From Geobacter sp. UBA6151 (GTDB lineage Bacteria; Desulfobacterota; Desulfuromonadia; Geobacterales; Pseudopelobacteraceae), in contig DIUT01000034.1 in assembly GCA_002423105.1 (NCBI GenBank), positions 1-24,000 of the forward strand: DNA of 24,000 nt. The letters run 5' to 3'. Of the stretch, positions 6,775 through 16,012 are shown in pieces. The notes under the pieces were generated by a model. It did no database searches. It saw only the letters and a list, made by a program, of their open reading frames with translations, and was not told the DNA's origin. Position 1 is the first letter of the stretch. Each line of letters begins with the position of its first letter. Position numbers and translations under genes: made by a program.

Positions 6775-7630
6775 CGCGCCGCCCATCACGCTGGAAATGC
6801 TGATAGACCGGACCAGTACGGTCTATTCCCTGCCTTTGTTTTATGATCGTTTGAACGAAGCGATCAACCATCCTCGTACCTCGGTCAATGACATAGCGCG
6901 GATTATCACCGAAGACCAGGGGCTGACTGCCCGCCTGTTGCGTCTGGCCAACAGCCCGTTGTTCGGCTGGTTTGGCAAGGTTGATTCCATTAACCGGGCG
7001 GTCACCATTATCGGTACCCAGCAGTTGCGCGATCTTGCTCTGGCAGCTTCGGTCATGGGGGTCTTCAAGGGGATTCCGCCGGAGTTGATGGATATGAGCG
7101 GTTTCTGGCGTCACAGTATTGCCTGCGGGATTGTGGCCCGCACTCTGGCGGTCTGGAGGCGTGACACCAATGTGGAGCGGTTCTTTGTGGCCGGGATGCT
7201 GCATGATGTGGGGCAGGTGATCATGGCCGCAGCTGTTCCGGATCTGGTGCGGGAGATGCTGGAAGAATGCCGTGAAATGAAGGAACTGTACTTCGATGTG
7301 GAACGGAAACGGCTGGCCTTTGACCATGCCGATGCCGGAGGGGCGCTGCTGAAGGCTTGGAAAATTCCAGCCAATATCATCGATCCCGTTGAATTTCACC
7401 ATCGCCCTGGACGGGCTGAACAGTATCCGCTGGAAACCGGTATTATTCACCTGTCTGATATCATTTGTCAGGCGATGGAGTATGGCCGTACCGGTGAATG
7501 GTGCGTTCCACCGCTGGATACCGAGGCTTGGGAACGGCTGGACGCGTTGCCATCCATGTTGGGAGCGGTCCTGAAACAGGCGGAGACCCAGATCGAAGAG
7601 ACCTTTACCATACTTTCGGAGGAAACATGA
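6761..7630 (+). CDS. HDOD domain-containing signalling protein
   Basis: HDOD-type sequence is present: [55 protein letters not shown] and AGMLHDVGQ. An alternative ATG is at 6797. Confidence 0.9.
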   Translation: MAFADAPPITLEMLIDRTSTVYSLPLFYDRLNEAINHPRTSVNDIARIITEDQGLTARLLRLANSPLFGWFGKVDSINRAVTIIGTQQLRDLALAASVMGVFKGIPPELMDMSGFWRHSIACGIVARTLAVWRRDTNVERFFVAGMLHDVGQVIMAAAVPDLVREMLEECREMKELYFDVERKRLAFDHADAGGALLKAWKIPANIIDPVEFHHRPGRAEQYPLETGIIHLSDIICQAMEYGRTGEWCVPPLDTEAWERLDALPSMLGAVLKQAETQIEETFTILSEET

Positions 7631-9789
7631 CTCCAGTAGCAGCCGTTCATGGCATTGACTTCTTCAAGGAGCGGGTCAGCTATCTGGAAGAGTCAAACCG
7701 CCGCTACGTTTCGATACTGGAGATGCTTGCCAGCAGCGGCGACTTCCAGGCGGATCTGGCACGGGCGGAGAGTCTTGATGCAATCTACACTGCTACTCTG
7801 GCCCAGATCCTGCGCTTAAGTCCGCTCAATCTTGCCGGTATGCTGGTTTGTCAGGACGACGGTAGTTTTGAGCTGGTCTGCTGCGAACCGCTGGGTGACC
7901 AGGCCCAGTTGCAGAAAGCGGTGGATGCTTCCATCATGGACGGTTCCTTTGCCTGGGCGCTGAACCGTAATCAGTCCGTGCTGCTGCCAGCTGTTGATGG
8001 CCGGACCCTGTTGTTGCAGACCATTGCCACCCGCTCCCGTATCCACGGTATGTTTGCCGGGCTTTTGCCTGACCAGCTTGCCACCATGGACGTTCCCTCC
8101 CTGAATGCTTTGTCCATTGTGCTATACGCCGCTGCCTATGCTGTTGAAAGCACCATGCTGAGAACATTGTTGCGGGAACATATGGCCGGCCTTGAACAGC
8201 GAGTGCAGGAGCGGACCTCCGAACTTGCCGAAGCCACTGAACGGGCTGAGGCGGCAAGTCGCGCCAAGAGCGAGTTTCTGGCCAATATGAGCCACGAGAT
8301 CCGTACGCCGATGAATGGTGTGATCGGCATGGCCGAACTGCTGCTGGAAGGGGGCTTTACACCGGACCAGCAACACAAGCATCTGCTGGCCATCCGTGAT
8401 TCGACGGAAAACCTGCTGGTGATCATTAACGATATCCTTGATTTTTCAAAGATTGAGGCGGGTAAACTGGAGCTGAGTCACGGGCCATTTCTGTTGCGGC
8501 AAATGCTCGAACGGCGGCTTTACCCGCAGACGGTCCGGGCACAGCAGAAGGGCATCAGGCTGGTCATCAATGTTGATCCGGCAGTGCCGGACCGGGTTGA
8601 AGGTGATGAGGTCAAGCTCTGTCAGATACTGATCAATCTGGTGGGTAATGCGCTCAAATTCAGCCAGCAGGGGGAGATAAGGGTCTCGGTCTGCCTTGAG
8701 CATAATCCTGAACAGGATCTGATGCTGCGCTTCTGTGTGGCGGACCAGGGGATTGGCATTCCGCCGGAAGCCCAGGCACGTATTTTTGAAACCTTTGAAC
8801 AGGCCGATGTCACCACCACCAAGAAGTTTGGCGGCACCGGCCTGGGATTGGCCATCTGCCGCAGTCTTTCAGAGCTGATGGGCGGAACCATCTGGGTTGA
8901 AAGCCAGCTGGGCGTTGGCAGCAATTTCCTCTTTACGGCCCGATTGCGTCCTGTTGGTGCTGATACGGTAATTGCGGGAGAAGAGGCAACGGCTGCTCTG
9001 TCGGCTTATTCCGGGACTGCTGTGGAAACTCCTCTGGGAGTGCTTTCCGTGCTACTGGCCGACGATGTGGAGGTAAACCGGGAAATGGCCCTGACCGTGC
9101 TGGAGCGCGCCGGACATGTTGTTGTGCTTGCAGAGGATGGCAGGGAGGCGGTGGAGCACTATGCCGCCGGACGGTTCCATCTTGTGTTCATGGATGTCCA
9201 GATGCCCGAGATGGACGGTATGCAGGCCACACGGGCTATCCGTGAATTGGAAGCGTCTGCGGGCCTGCCCCATACGCCGATTGTAGCCATGACCGCCTAT
9301 GCGGCCGCCGAAGATCGTGACAATTGCCTGGCTGCCGGTATGGATGACTATCTTTCCAAGCCGGTCAAGCCGGTGCAGATGCTGGCGATGCTGCAACGCC
9401 ACTGTGCCGGAGTGATACAAGCGGAAGCCGTTCCGGTATCTGCGCAGTCACAGGAGGCGCAACTGCCGGTCTTTGCCCGTGACGACCTGCTTGAGCGGTT
9501 GGGGGGTGTTGAGGCGATGCTGCCCAGGTTTATCGGCATGTACCGCAAAGGGGTGGCTGCCAGCATGACTGCCCTGGAAGAAGCGATAGCGTCTGAGAAT
9601 CCCGATGATGTGCGGATGCATGCCCATGCCATCAAAGGCTCATCTGCCAATATCGGCGCATTGCAGGTCCATGAAACCGCCGCCCGGCTTGAGGAAGCGG
9701 CCAAGACCGGCGATATTGGCGGTGCTGCGCTGGCGCTTGCCAGTCTGAAGGAGCAGTTGAACGCCTTTAATGTAGCTGCCGGGGATTAG
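7627..9789 (+). CDS. Cytoplasmic hybrid sensor histidine kinase / response regulator with C-terminal Hpt domain
   Basis: The ATG at 7627 follows GGAGGA and overlaps the HDOD stop (ATGA). The H-box is [11 protein letters not shown], with HATPase N/G boxes ([16 protein letters not shown]). The REC domain has [11 protein letters not shown] and the Hpt domain has [12 protein letters not shown]. There are no TM segments, and the N-terminus is GAF-like. Confidence 0.93.
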   Translation: MTPVAAVHGIDFFKERVSYLEESNRRYVSILEMLASSGDFQADLARAESLDAIYTATLAQILRLSPLNLAGMLVCQDDGSFELVCCEPLGDQAQLQKAVDASIMDGSFAWALNRNQSVLLPAVDGRTLLLQTIATRSRIHGMFAGLLPDQLATMDVPSLNALSIVLYAAAYAVESTMLRTLLREHMAGLEQRVQERTSELAEATERAEAASRAKSEFLANMSHEIRTPMNGVIGMAELLLEGGFTPDQQHKHLLAIRDSTENLLVIINDILDFSKIEAGKLELSHGPFLLRQMLERRLYPQTVRAQQKGIRLVINVDPAVPDRVEGDEVKLCQILINLVGNALKFSQQGEIRVSVCLEHNPEQDLMLRFCVADQGIGIPPEAQARIFETFEQADVTTTKKFGGTGLGLAICRSLSELMGGTIWVESQLGVGSNFLFTARLRPVGADTVIAGEEATAALSAYSGTAVETPLGVLSVLLADDVEVNREMALTVLERAGHVVVLAEDGREAVEHYAAGRFHLVFMDVQMPEMDGMQATRAIRELEASAGLPHTPIVAMTAYAAAEDRDNCLAAGMDDYLSKPVKPVQMLAMLQRHCAGVIQAEAVPVSAQSQEAQLPVFARDDLLERLGGVEAMLPRFIGMYRKGVAASMTALEEAIASENPDDVRMHAHAIKGSSANIGALQVHETAARLEEAAKTGDIGGAALALASLKEQLNAFNVAAGD

Positions 9790-9972
9790 GAACTTGGAAC
9801 TTGCTAATATACCGTTTTACATCTCATCTTCAGGCCATCTTTGCCACCCCTTCAATCGCAAAATCCTCTGCGTAGCTTTGGCTACGCCTGCGGTTTTGCT
9901 CAATCAGGGATGACAAATCTGACCTAAATCTGAGCGTAAATACTGGTACATCAGCAAATTCCAACTCCCTTA
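9787..9972 (+). repeat. MITE-like 186-nt repeat, copy 2
   Basis: It has the same length and orientation as copy 1, with about 9 substitutions. Its first 3 nt (TAG) are the kinase stop codon. It lies between the convergent kinase and thiolase-like genes. Confidence 0.85.
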
Positions 9973-9988
9973 AATGCTCCCACCCGGA

Positions 9989-11587
9989 TCATGAACGCAA
10001 CTGTTTCCAGCCGCTTTCAGCAATGGAACGCAGACCGTCGAGTGTGCGCTTGTAAAGCCGCCGTACCGGCATTTTGTTCAGAACAATGGCGCTATCCAGC
10101 CGCTCAATCATCACGCTGTCGCCAGTTGCCAGACCCATTACTTCCGGGGCATGTGAGCCTTCAAGCCCGAACAGGAAGCGATATTTCCTGCCGTTGTGAC
10201 GGCAGGCCACAATCAGAATCGCCACTTCAGGCGCCCCGGTCTTGTAGTTGTAACGGACCGTTGCACTGACAAATTCACCGGTGCAGCGGCCCGAATCGGC
10301 AAGTAACGCTTCCAGATTCACCCCTTTTGGTTTCAACCGTCCCAAGGACGGCATACCCCAGGGACGGTATGGTTCGTTGGCGCGCCGTTCAAAGCTGTCG
10401 GTGCGCTCCATAAGCACCACCACGTTATTGTTGATGGGACCACCGATGGAGTGGGAAAGACCTGCCCTGAAACGGCCATTGATTATCAGGCGATGGTTTT
10501 CGACAATCTGCACCATGCCGGTTGCGCCAAGGGGGTGGCCCCGTCCTTTCAGGCCGCCGGTCAGGTTGGTTGGCCAGGAACCGTCGGGACCGGTCAGACT
10601 GTCGTCCAGCAGTGCATCAAACAGGCGGTGGCGCGGCGCAACACCCAGGTCAACCAGGTTGATCGGGCCGAAACCATTGAAAGGGTCGTGCATATTGACA
10701 TGCAGTTGTCCTTCAAGGGGTTGCAGGTTGCGCAGGCCTGCCATGCCGTAGGTGATGGAAGCGGCGATGACGGTTGCCGGAAATGAGTGGAAATAGTTGC
10801 GGTCTGCTATGGTGGGGATGTCGGTTGCGCTGCCCAGGCCGGAAACCATCACGTCTTGGGAGCGTGCGGTCAGAATGACGGCAGCCATGCCATCGGACAT
10901 GGGGCAGTAGTCGTGGTAGCGCAACGGATTCCAGTAACGGTAGTTCTCGCCGCTGTCAACCTGCCGGAAGTATTCTTCCACCGGCAGCGGGTCCCGCAGG
11001 TGCGCCTCGGGATTGGTGCTGGAAAAACGGTGACTGCGCTGTGAAAGCAGCGCGGAGTACGCGGCCCACTCTTCGTCTGAAAGTCCGAGACGCTCTTTCA
11101 GCGCCCGCGCCACAAGGGCTCCGCAGGCCGGCATGGTCAGGCCGTACTCCGACTCATCCCGGTCAATGACTCCGGCAATGATGGCTGTGGACGCGGCAGT
11201 GGAGGCGTCACTCATTTTCTGGATGCCGATGGCCAGAACATGGTCATGACGTCCTGATGCCACTTCCAGATAGGCGTTTTCAAAGGCCGAAGCGCCAGAG
11301 GAGGAGGCCGTGTCGATCAGAATCGATTTCACTCCTGATACCCCCAAGATGCCGGCGATCTTGGCTGCGGTGTTGTCAACCCCTGAAAACGCCGCAGGGT
11401 TCTGGCTGCCAACGACCACGGCCTCTATCTGGCGCTTCTTTATCGGGCTTTCATCAAAAACCCGCCCACATTGTTCCGCCATTTCCAGAAACGTCAGTTT
11501 TTCGCGATCTCTACCCGCATAGCGGCCAACCGGAGCCATCCAGGAGGCAGCGATATACACGGGACGCGGAGTAAAGCTTGTTTGCAT
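9989..11587 (-). CDS. Thiolase-superfamily protein (SCP-x / DUF35-partner type) with a C-terminal ~130-aa extension
   Basis: Thiolase-like N- and C-domains are present, including the GHPLGATG histidine loop. The nucleophile position reads TASSSG rather than CxSG. The C-terminal extension may be an OB fold. Confidence 0.85.
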   Translation of the reverse strand: MQTSFTPRPVYIAASWMAPVGRYAGRDREKLTFLEMAEQCGRVFDESPIKKRQIEAVVVGSQNPAAFSGVDNTAAKIAGILGVSGVKSILIDTASSSGASAFENAYLEVASGRHDHVLAIGIQKMSDASTAASTAIIAGVIDRDESEYGLTMPACGALVARALKERLGLSDEEWAAYSALLSQRSHRFSSTNPEAHLRDPLPVEEYFRQVDSGENYRYWNPLRYHDYCPMSDGMAAVILTARSQDVMVSGLGSATDIPTIADRNYFHSFPATVIAASITYGMAGLRNLQPLEGQLHVNMHDPFNGFGPINLVDLGVAPRHRLFDALLDDSLTGPDGSWPTNLTGGLKGRGHPLGATGMVQIVENHRLIINGRFRAGLSHSIGGPINNNVVVLMERTDSFERRANEPYRPWGMPSLGRLKPKGVNLEALLADSGRCTGEFVSATVRYNYKTGAPEVAILIVACRHNGRKYRFLFGLEGSHAPEVMGLATGDSVMIERLDSAIVLNKMPVRRLYKRTLDGLRSIAESGWKQLRS

Positions 11588-11609
11588 GGTCTTTTACCCC
11601 CCCATAACG

Positions 11610-11641
11610 CATACGGGGCGTCCTTGCGAACGCCCCGTATG
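11610..11641. other. Perfect 12-bp hairpin upstream of the thiolase-like gene
   Basis: CATACGGGGCGT-CCTTGCGA-ACGCCCCGTATG lies 23 nt upstream of the ATG at 11587. No U-tract follows on either strand. Confidence 0.5.
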
Positions 11642-11669
11642 ATGAATAGTGGTACCGAAAAGTCGATGG

Positions 11670-11854
11670 TTAGGAGGCTGGCAATAATAAGTTGAACAAA
11701 ATTGCGCTCAGATTTTGGTCAGATTTGGCTGCAGTGATTGAGCAAAACCGCAGGCGTAGCAGGGCTACGTCGAGGATTTTGTGATTGAGCTGCGGTCAAA
11801 GATGGCCAGAAGATGAGATGCAAGATGTTCATGTTATTGTTGCTAGTCTCCTTA
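11670..11854 (-). repeat. MITE-like repeat, copy 3 (inverted orientation, diverged)
   Basis: The reverse complement aligns end to end with copies 1 and 2. A 25-nt core (GATTGAGCAAAACCGCAGGCGTAGC) is identical. The central stem is kept but the loop differs. Its terminal TTA (11852-11854) is the stop codon of the dehydrogenase gene. Confidence 0.75.
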
Positions 11855-12718
11855 GCTTCTCAAAACCTTGATGACCGCTGAAAAATCCTCTTCGCCATAG
11901 CCTGCTTCAACGCCCTTTTCGTACATCTTGCTTGCTGCTTCGCCAGCGGGCAGCGTAAGGCCGACCAGACGGGCAGCGTTCATAACCAGATGCAGGCCGT
12001 CATTCACATACTTGAGCGCCAGACTGCGGGTGAATTCGTTGCGGGCCATGGCGCGGCCTTTAAGATGGAAAATCGGAGAGGCGACGCCGCGGGTGTCCAG
12101 CACTTCAAGGATCTTGTCCGCATTGAAGCCCATCTTTTCACCAAAGACGATACTCTCGGCCAATACCTGTACCAGTGTGGCTTGCGCCAGATTGACGATA
12201 AACTTCATTTTAGTGGCATCGCCGATTTCTCCGACATGGATGGTGTTCAGCCCGAAAACGGAGAACGGCTCGCGGCATCTGCCGATGACAGCCGGGTCGC
12301 CGCCGACAATGATGGTCAACAGGCCGCTTGCGGCATGGTCCTTGTTACCCCATATCGGCGCATCCAGGTAAAGAGCGCCGCGTTTGGCGGTTTCTTCCGC
12401 CATTTTCATGGTTGTTTCAAGGGAAGTGGTACCCATGTCGGCAAAAATAGTACCGGGATCAATGCCAGCCAGCACGCCGGTTTCTCCACAGAACAGCGGT
12501 CCCTGCTCGTCACCTTCGGATACGATGGAAATCACCAGCTCCTTGCCATGGGATGCCTCGGCAGCCGTGACGGCGCCTTTTGCTCCCATTGAAACCAGAT
12601 CGGCGATTTTGGCCGGGTCAGTGTCGAATACGGTGACATCGTACTCTCCTTTAACCAGGTTAGCCGCCATATGCCGTCCAACCGTTCCCAGGCCGATGAA
12701 TCCAACTTTACGCAACAT
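11852..12718 (-). CDS. NAD(P)-dependent beta-hydroxyacid dehydrogenase (3-hydroxyisobutyrate / succinic semialdehyde reductase family)
   Basis: An SD (AAGGGAG) precedes the ATG. The N-terminal Rossmann motif is VGFIGLGTVGRHMA. Family-typical segments include DAPIWG and a C-terminal helical domain. Confidence 0.9.
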   Translation of the reverse strand: MLRKVGFIGLGTVGRHMAANLVKGEYDVTVFDTDPAKIADLVSMGAKGAVTAAEASHGKELVISIVSEGDEQGPLFCGETGVLAGIDPGTIFADMGTTSLETTMKMAEETAKRGALYLDAPIWGNKDHAASGLLTIIVGGDPAVIGRCREPFSVFGLNTIHVGEIGDATKMKFIVNLAQATLVQVLAESIVFGEKMGFNADKILEVLDTRGVASPIFHLKGRAMARNEFTRSLALKYVNDGLHLVMNAARLVGLTLPAGEAASKMYEKGVEAGYGEEDFSAVIKVLRS

Positions 12719-12840
12719 GACAAACTCCCTTCTATGGAAAAATCAAATGATGTTATCTGCTGTATGATTGATCATTAATACACTGAAATTGGGTTGCTGG
12801 CAACCCCGTTTTCCCCATAGTCGAGCGGTTTAGAACGATG

Positions 12841-13497
12841 TCATCTGCTGCGCAGGACGCCAATCCGTTTACAGAGTGACGCCAGGGGGCAGCACGAACA
12901 GGCTGGAGTTGCGGGAAAGCAGCGATGCTGTCCGTAGCTGACCAGCAGGTCATTGATCTCTATCCAGTATTCCGGCGGAAGTTTCTGCCGCAGCGCCAGC
13001 TCTGTCTTGTCAGGAGTTCCGGTAGTCACATACCCCCAGCGGTTGGTGATCCGATGCACATGGATATCAACACAAATGCCCGGTTTGCCATATCCCAGAG
13101 TAACGACCAGATTGGCAGTCTTACGCCCCACTCCCTTGAATGACGTCAGCTGATCGATGGTGTCGGGCACGATACCGTCAAAATCTTCCATCAGTCTGTG
13201 GCAAATAGCCTGGATCTGTTGCGACTTTACCCGGTAGAAACCGGTCGGATAAATCAGTGCTGCAATTTGCTCTTCTGTCAGCCGTCCCATTGTCTGCGGC
13301 GTATCGGCTCTGCCGAAGAGCCGTTCCGAGGCTTCAGCAGTCACGGCATCCCGGGTGCGTAGCGATATGATACAGGAGATGAGCACGGTAAATGGGCTGC
13401 GATACTGTTGTGCCACTACGGTTACCGATGGTGACGGCCATTGGCGGCATTCCTGACGGAGGAGCGCCATTGCTTCATGAATCTGCTGATCGTTCAT
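12841..13497 (-). CDS. nth: Endonuclease III
   Basis: The HhH-GPD motif with catalytic Lys is GVGRKTANLV, and the catalytic Asp context is VDIHVHRI. The C-terminal Fe-S loop is C-x6-C-x2-C-x5-C (CFPATPACSCCPLASLC). Confidence 0.93.
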   Translation of the reverse strand: MNDQQIHEAMALLRQECRQWPSPSVTVVAQQYRSPFTVLISCIISLRTRDAVTAEASERLFGRADTPQTMGRLTEEQIAALIYPTGFYRVKSQQIQAICHRLMEDFDGIVPDTIDQLTSFKGVGRKTANLVVTLGYGKPGICVDIHVHRITNRWGYVTTGTPDKTELALRQKLPPEYWIEINDLLVSYGQHRCFPATPACSCCPLASLCKRIGVLRSR

Positions 13498-13563
13498 CTG
13501 TCCGTGACCTTTTCTTGCCTTTTCAATGTGCTCCGGTCATGATGTCGCCGGAAAGGAGTTCTG

Positions 13564-14454
13564 ATGACTTACATTGATCTGCATCTGCACTCGAACTGTT
13601 CCGATGGCGTGCTGGAGCCGCAGAAGCTTGTGGAAGTAGCTCAGTTGGCCGGTCTTGGCGTCATTGCCCTCTGTGACCACGACAGTATCTCCGGTGTCGC
13701 CAGGGCGCTTGAGGCCGGGCAGAAGCTTGGTGTCGAGGTGCTTGCAGGGGTCGAGCTTTCCGTTGTCTGGCGTGACTGGCGTGATGTGCATCTGCTGGGA
13801 TACGCTATCGATATCGCGACGCCGGAACTGGTGGAGCGTCTTGCGGCATTTGCCCAGCGCCGTGCCAACCGCAACCGGGAAATTGTGCTGTCGGTCAACC
13901 GGCTGCTTGAACAAAAAAACCTGCAACCGCTGACTTTTGCCGAGGTGGAGTGTCTGGCCGAAGGGGTCATGGGCCGTCCCCATATTGCCCGCGCCCTGAT
14001 TTCTCGGGGATATGCCACCACCATGGAAGATGCCTTTACCCGCTACCTTGTTCCCTGTGACGTGCCCAAAACATACTGGGCCATGGCGGAGGCTATTGCC
14101 ACCATCCGGCGGGCCGGGGGGGTAGCCGTGCTGGCTCATCCCACCAGCATCAGCAATGATCTGCCCACGCTTGAAGCAATTATTACGGAGCTTGCCGCCC
14201 AGGGGCTGGACGGCCTTGAGGTTTACAACAGCATGGCGACGGAACAGGAAGCCGCATTTCTTCAAAGGCTGGCGAACCGGCTGCACCTGTTGGTGACCGC
14301 CGGATCGGACTTTCATGGGATTGACGCTGCTGACAGCATTGGAAAAGGGCGGGGAGGCATCCGGTTTTCCGGCGCCCTGCTCCCGCCCCTGCGTTCCCTG
14401 GCTGCCCACCGGCAGCAAACGGTCAGATCTTTTCCTTCAGTGCCCGGTAATTGA
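13564..14454 (+). CDS. PHP-domain phosphoesterase (TrpH/YciV family)
   Basis: An SD (AAGGAG) precedes the ATG. The N-terminus is IDLHLHSNCSDG, with later CDHD, VLAHP and GSDFHG metal-ligand motifs. Confidence 0.9.
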   Translation: MTYIDLHLHSNCSDGVLEPQKLVEVAQLAGLGVIALCDHDSISGVARALEAGQKLGVEVLAGVELSVVWRDWRDVHLLGYAIDIATPELVERLAAFAQRRANRNREIVLSVNRLLEQKNLQPLTFAEVECLAEGVMGRPHIARALISRGYATTMEDAFTRYLVPCDVPKTYWAMAEAIATIRRAGGVAVLAHPTSISNDLPTLEAIITELAAQGLDGLEVYNSMATEQEAAFLQRLANRLHLLVTAGSDFHGIDAADSIGKGRGGIRFSGALLPPLRSLAAHRQQTVRSFPSVPGN

Positions 14455-15250
14455 CCACCGACAGGTTGTCAACTACCTGGACAACCCCCTCCATGGCCCG
14501 CACCAGTTTAAGGGCGGCCGCTTTTTCCTGATCGGAGCCGATGTAGCCGGAGAGAGTCACCCGGCCATCTTCCATGTCAATCCTGAACGGCCGGTATTCC
14601 AGCTCAGCGGACTGCAACAGGGCGGTTTCAATCTTTTTCACCAGAATCGTGTTGTCAATACTATTGGCAGCCCATGCCTCGGCTTCCTTCAGTTGGGGAT
14701 CCTTCAGCGCCGACAGGACGGCATCAATGATGGAGGAAGGGGAAAGCCGCATGGTGTTGAAAATCAGGTCATACTGTAAGGGATCATTCCAGTCCCGGTT
14801 GAAGTAATAATGAATAAAGCCGCCACGCTGATGATCACTGCGTCTGATCAGTTCCCTGGCCAGATCCGGGTCAATCCATTCCCGTTCTGCAAAGCGTTCA
14901 ACCCGTTCATCAAAATCGGCTATAAAGCGCAAACGCAGCAGATTACCGCATCCGCGCAGCAGGTCCTGGGCGCCCCGTCCATAGAGGATGACGTTCCCCT
15001 TGCGGGCATAGTCAAGCAGGATCAGTTCAATACGGTTCAGTGAAGCTGCCCGCTGGCGGTCTTCTACGGTGTTATAGGACGGCGGTTTTTCGTCAACTGA
15101 TTGCAAAAGATCTACCGAAAGTCCGTATTCGGCAGCGCATTCTGCCAGACGTGGTCCGTCAACAAGTGAATATTTCAGCTTCTTTGCCAGTTCCTGAGCA
15201 ATTGAGTAGGCACCGGTACCCATCTCACGTGAAATCGTTATGATAGCCAT
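14423..15250 (-). CDS. Cytidylate kinase-like family protein with C-terminal BON domain
   Basis: The ATG at 15250 is preceded by GGAGGGA. The N-terminus is IITISREMGTGAYSIAQELAKKL. The C-terminus RVTLSGYIGSDQEKAAALKLVRAMEGVVQVVDNL is BON-like. Its 3' end overlaps the PHP gene by 32 nt. Confidence 0.8.
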   Translation of the reverse strand: MAIITISREMGTGAYSIAQELAKKLKYSLVDGPRLAECAAEYGLSVDLLQSVDEKPPSYNTVEDRQRAASLNRIELILLDYARKGNVILYGRGAQDLLRGCGNLLRLRFIADFDERVERFAEREWIDPDLARELIRRSDHQRGGFIHYYFNRDWNDPLQYDLIFNTMRLSPSSIIDAVLSALKDPQLKEAEAWAANSIDNTILVKKIETALLQSAELEYRPFRIDMEDGRVTLSGYIGSDQEKAAALKLVRAMEGVVQVVDNLSVVNYRALKEKI

Positions 15251-15341
15251 CGTATTCCCGTCCCTCCGATTCAGTCTTCTGTACTTCACTTATCATGTTC
15301 TGCTTGCCGGTACAAGCGGTCAATGTTAGGCTTTCCCCGCC

Positions 15342-15953
15342 ATGCCTGATAGCGTTGATTTCATAGTGCGTTTCATGTTTTTTGCAGCCGTCCATTCACT
15401 TCTGGCGGCTCCCGCTGTCAAACTCCATCTGCAGAAGCTGATGAACAGCGCTCTGCCGGGCTATCGTCTTATGTACAATCTTGTTTCACTGGTTCTGTTC
15501 GGCTGGGTTATGCTTGCCTGGCAAGCGACAACCGTGATCTATCTGGTGCCCGGCATCTGGAGTCTCATCTTTCATGGGCTCCAGGTCCTGGTTTTACTGG
15601 CGGTTTTTCTCTGTGTCCGGCAGACCGGCATGGCAGCCTTTCTGGGCGTCGACCTGGGCAGGGAGGAGGCATCACCTCGTTTGCAGATATCGGGTTGGTA
15701 CCGTATTGTCCGCCATCCCCTGTACCTGTTGGGCATGTTGTTCTGTCTGCTGAACCCGGTCATGACCAGCCGCTGGCTTGTTCTGACGCTGCTCAGTGCC
15801 GGTTATTTTCTGGTTGGCGCTGTGCTGGAAGAGCGCCGTCTGCTGCGAACCTTCGGCTATGCCTATCATGCCTACCAGAAGCAGGTGCCGTTTCTGATTC
15901 CCCGCCCGTGGCGCACCGTGCGTACGGACCATCCGGAAACTACTTCAGACTGA
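15342..15953 (+). CDS. Membrane methyltransferase family protein (ICMT/PEMT/NnrU-like)
   Basis: The protein is polytopic and hydrophobic. It carries GWYRIVRHPLYLLGM and a downstream EERRL motif typical of the family. The start is not supported by an SD. Confidence 0.75.
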   Translation: MPDSVDFIVRFMFFAAVHSLLAAPAVKLHLQKLMNSALPGYRLMYNLVSLVLFGWVMLAWQATTVIYLVPGIWSLIFHGLQVLVLLAVFLCVRQTGMAAFLGVDLGREEASPRLQISGWYRIVRHPLYLLGMLFCLLNPVMTSRWLVLTLLSAGYFLVGAVLEERRLLRTFGYAYHAYQKQVPFLIPRPWRTVRTDHPETTSD

Positions 15954-16012
15954 CCCTTCTACTACCAGCACCAAATGCAGTACTACATCCATGTCAAAGG
16001 AAGAAAGAAACA

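Noticed and set aside
6578-7450. 290-aa ORF on the minus strand
   Set aside because: It lies antisense to the well-supported HDOD gene. It has no motifs and no SD.
7498-7626. N-terminal 43-codon extension of the kinase ORF
   Set aside because: It lies wholly inside the HDOD gene in another frame. ATG 7627 has a GGAGGA SD and the classic ATGA stop-start overlap.
4933-11854. Whether the three repeats could be a CRISPR array or rRNA/tRNA-related
   Set aside because: The units are 186 nt long, kilobases apart and separated by genes. One is inverted and no cas genes are present. This is not CRISPR-like, and no cloverleaf or rRNA similarity was seen.
12786-12815. Short palindrome GGGTTGC-TG-GCAACCC followed by CGTTTTCCCC, as a terminator
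   Set aside because: The loop is too small for the full stem. The T-tract is on the plus strand, where no gene ends. It is at best a weak terminator for nth on the other strand.
13537-14418. 293-aa ORF on the minus strand
   Set aside because: It lies entirely antisense to the PHP-domain gene, which has clear family motifs. The product is Gly/Pro/Arg-rich with no recognisable domain. This is a typical shadow ORF of GC-rich DNA.
14423-14454. 32-nt overlap of convergent PHP and cytidylate-kinase-like genes
   Set aside because: Convergent 3' overlaps of this size are common in compact genomes. Nothing further suggests antisense regulation.
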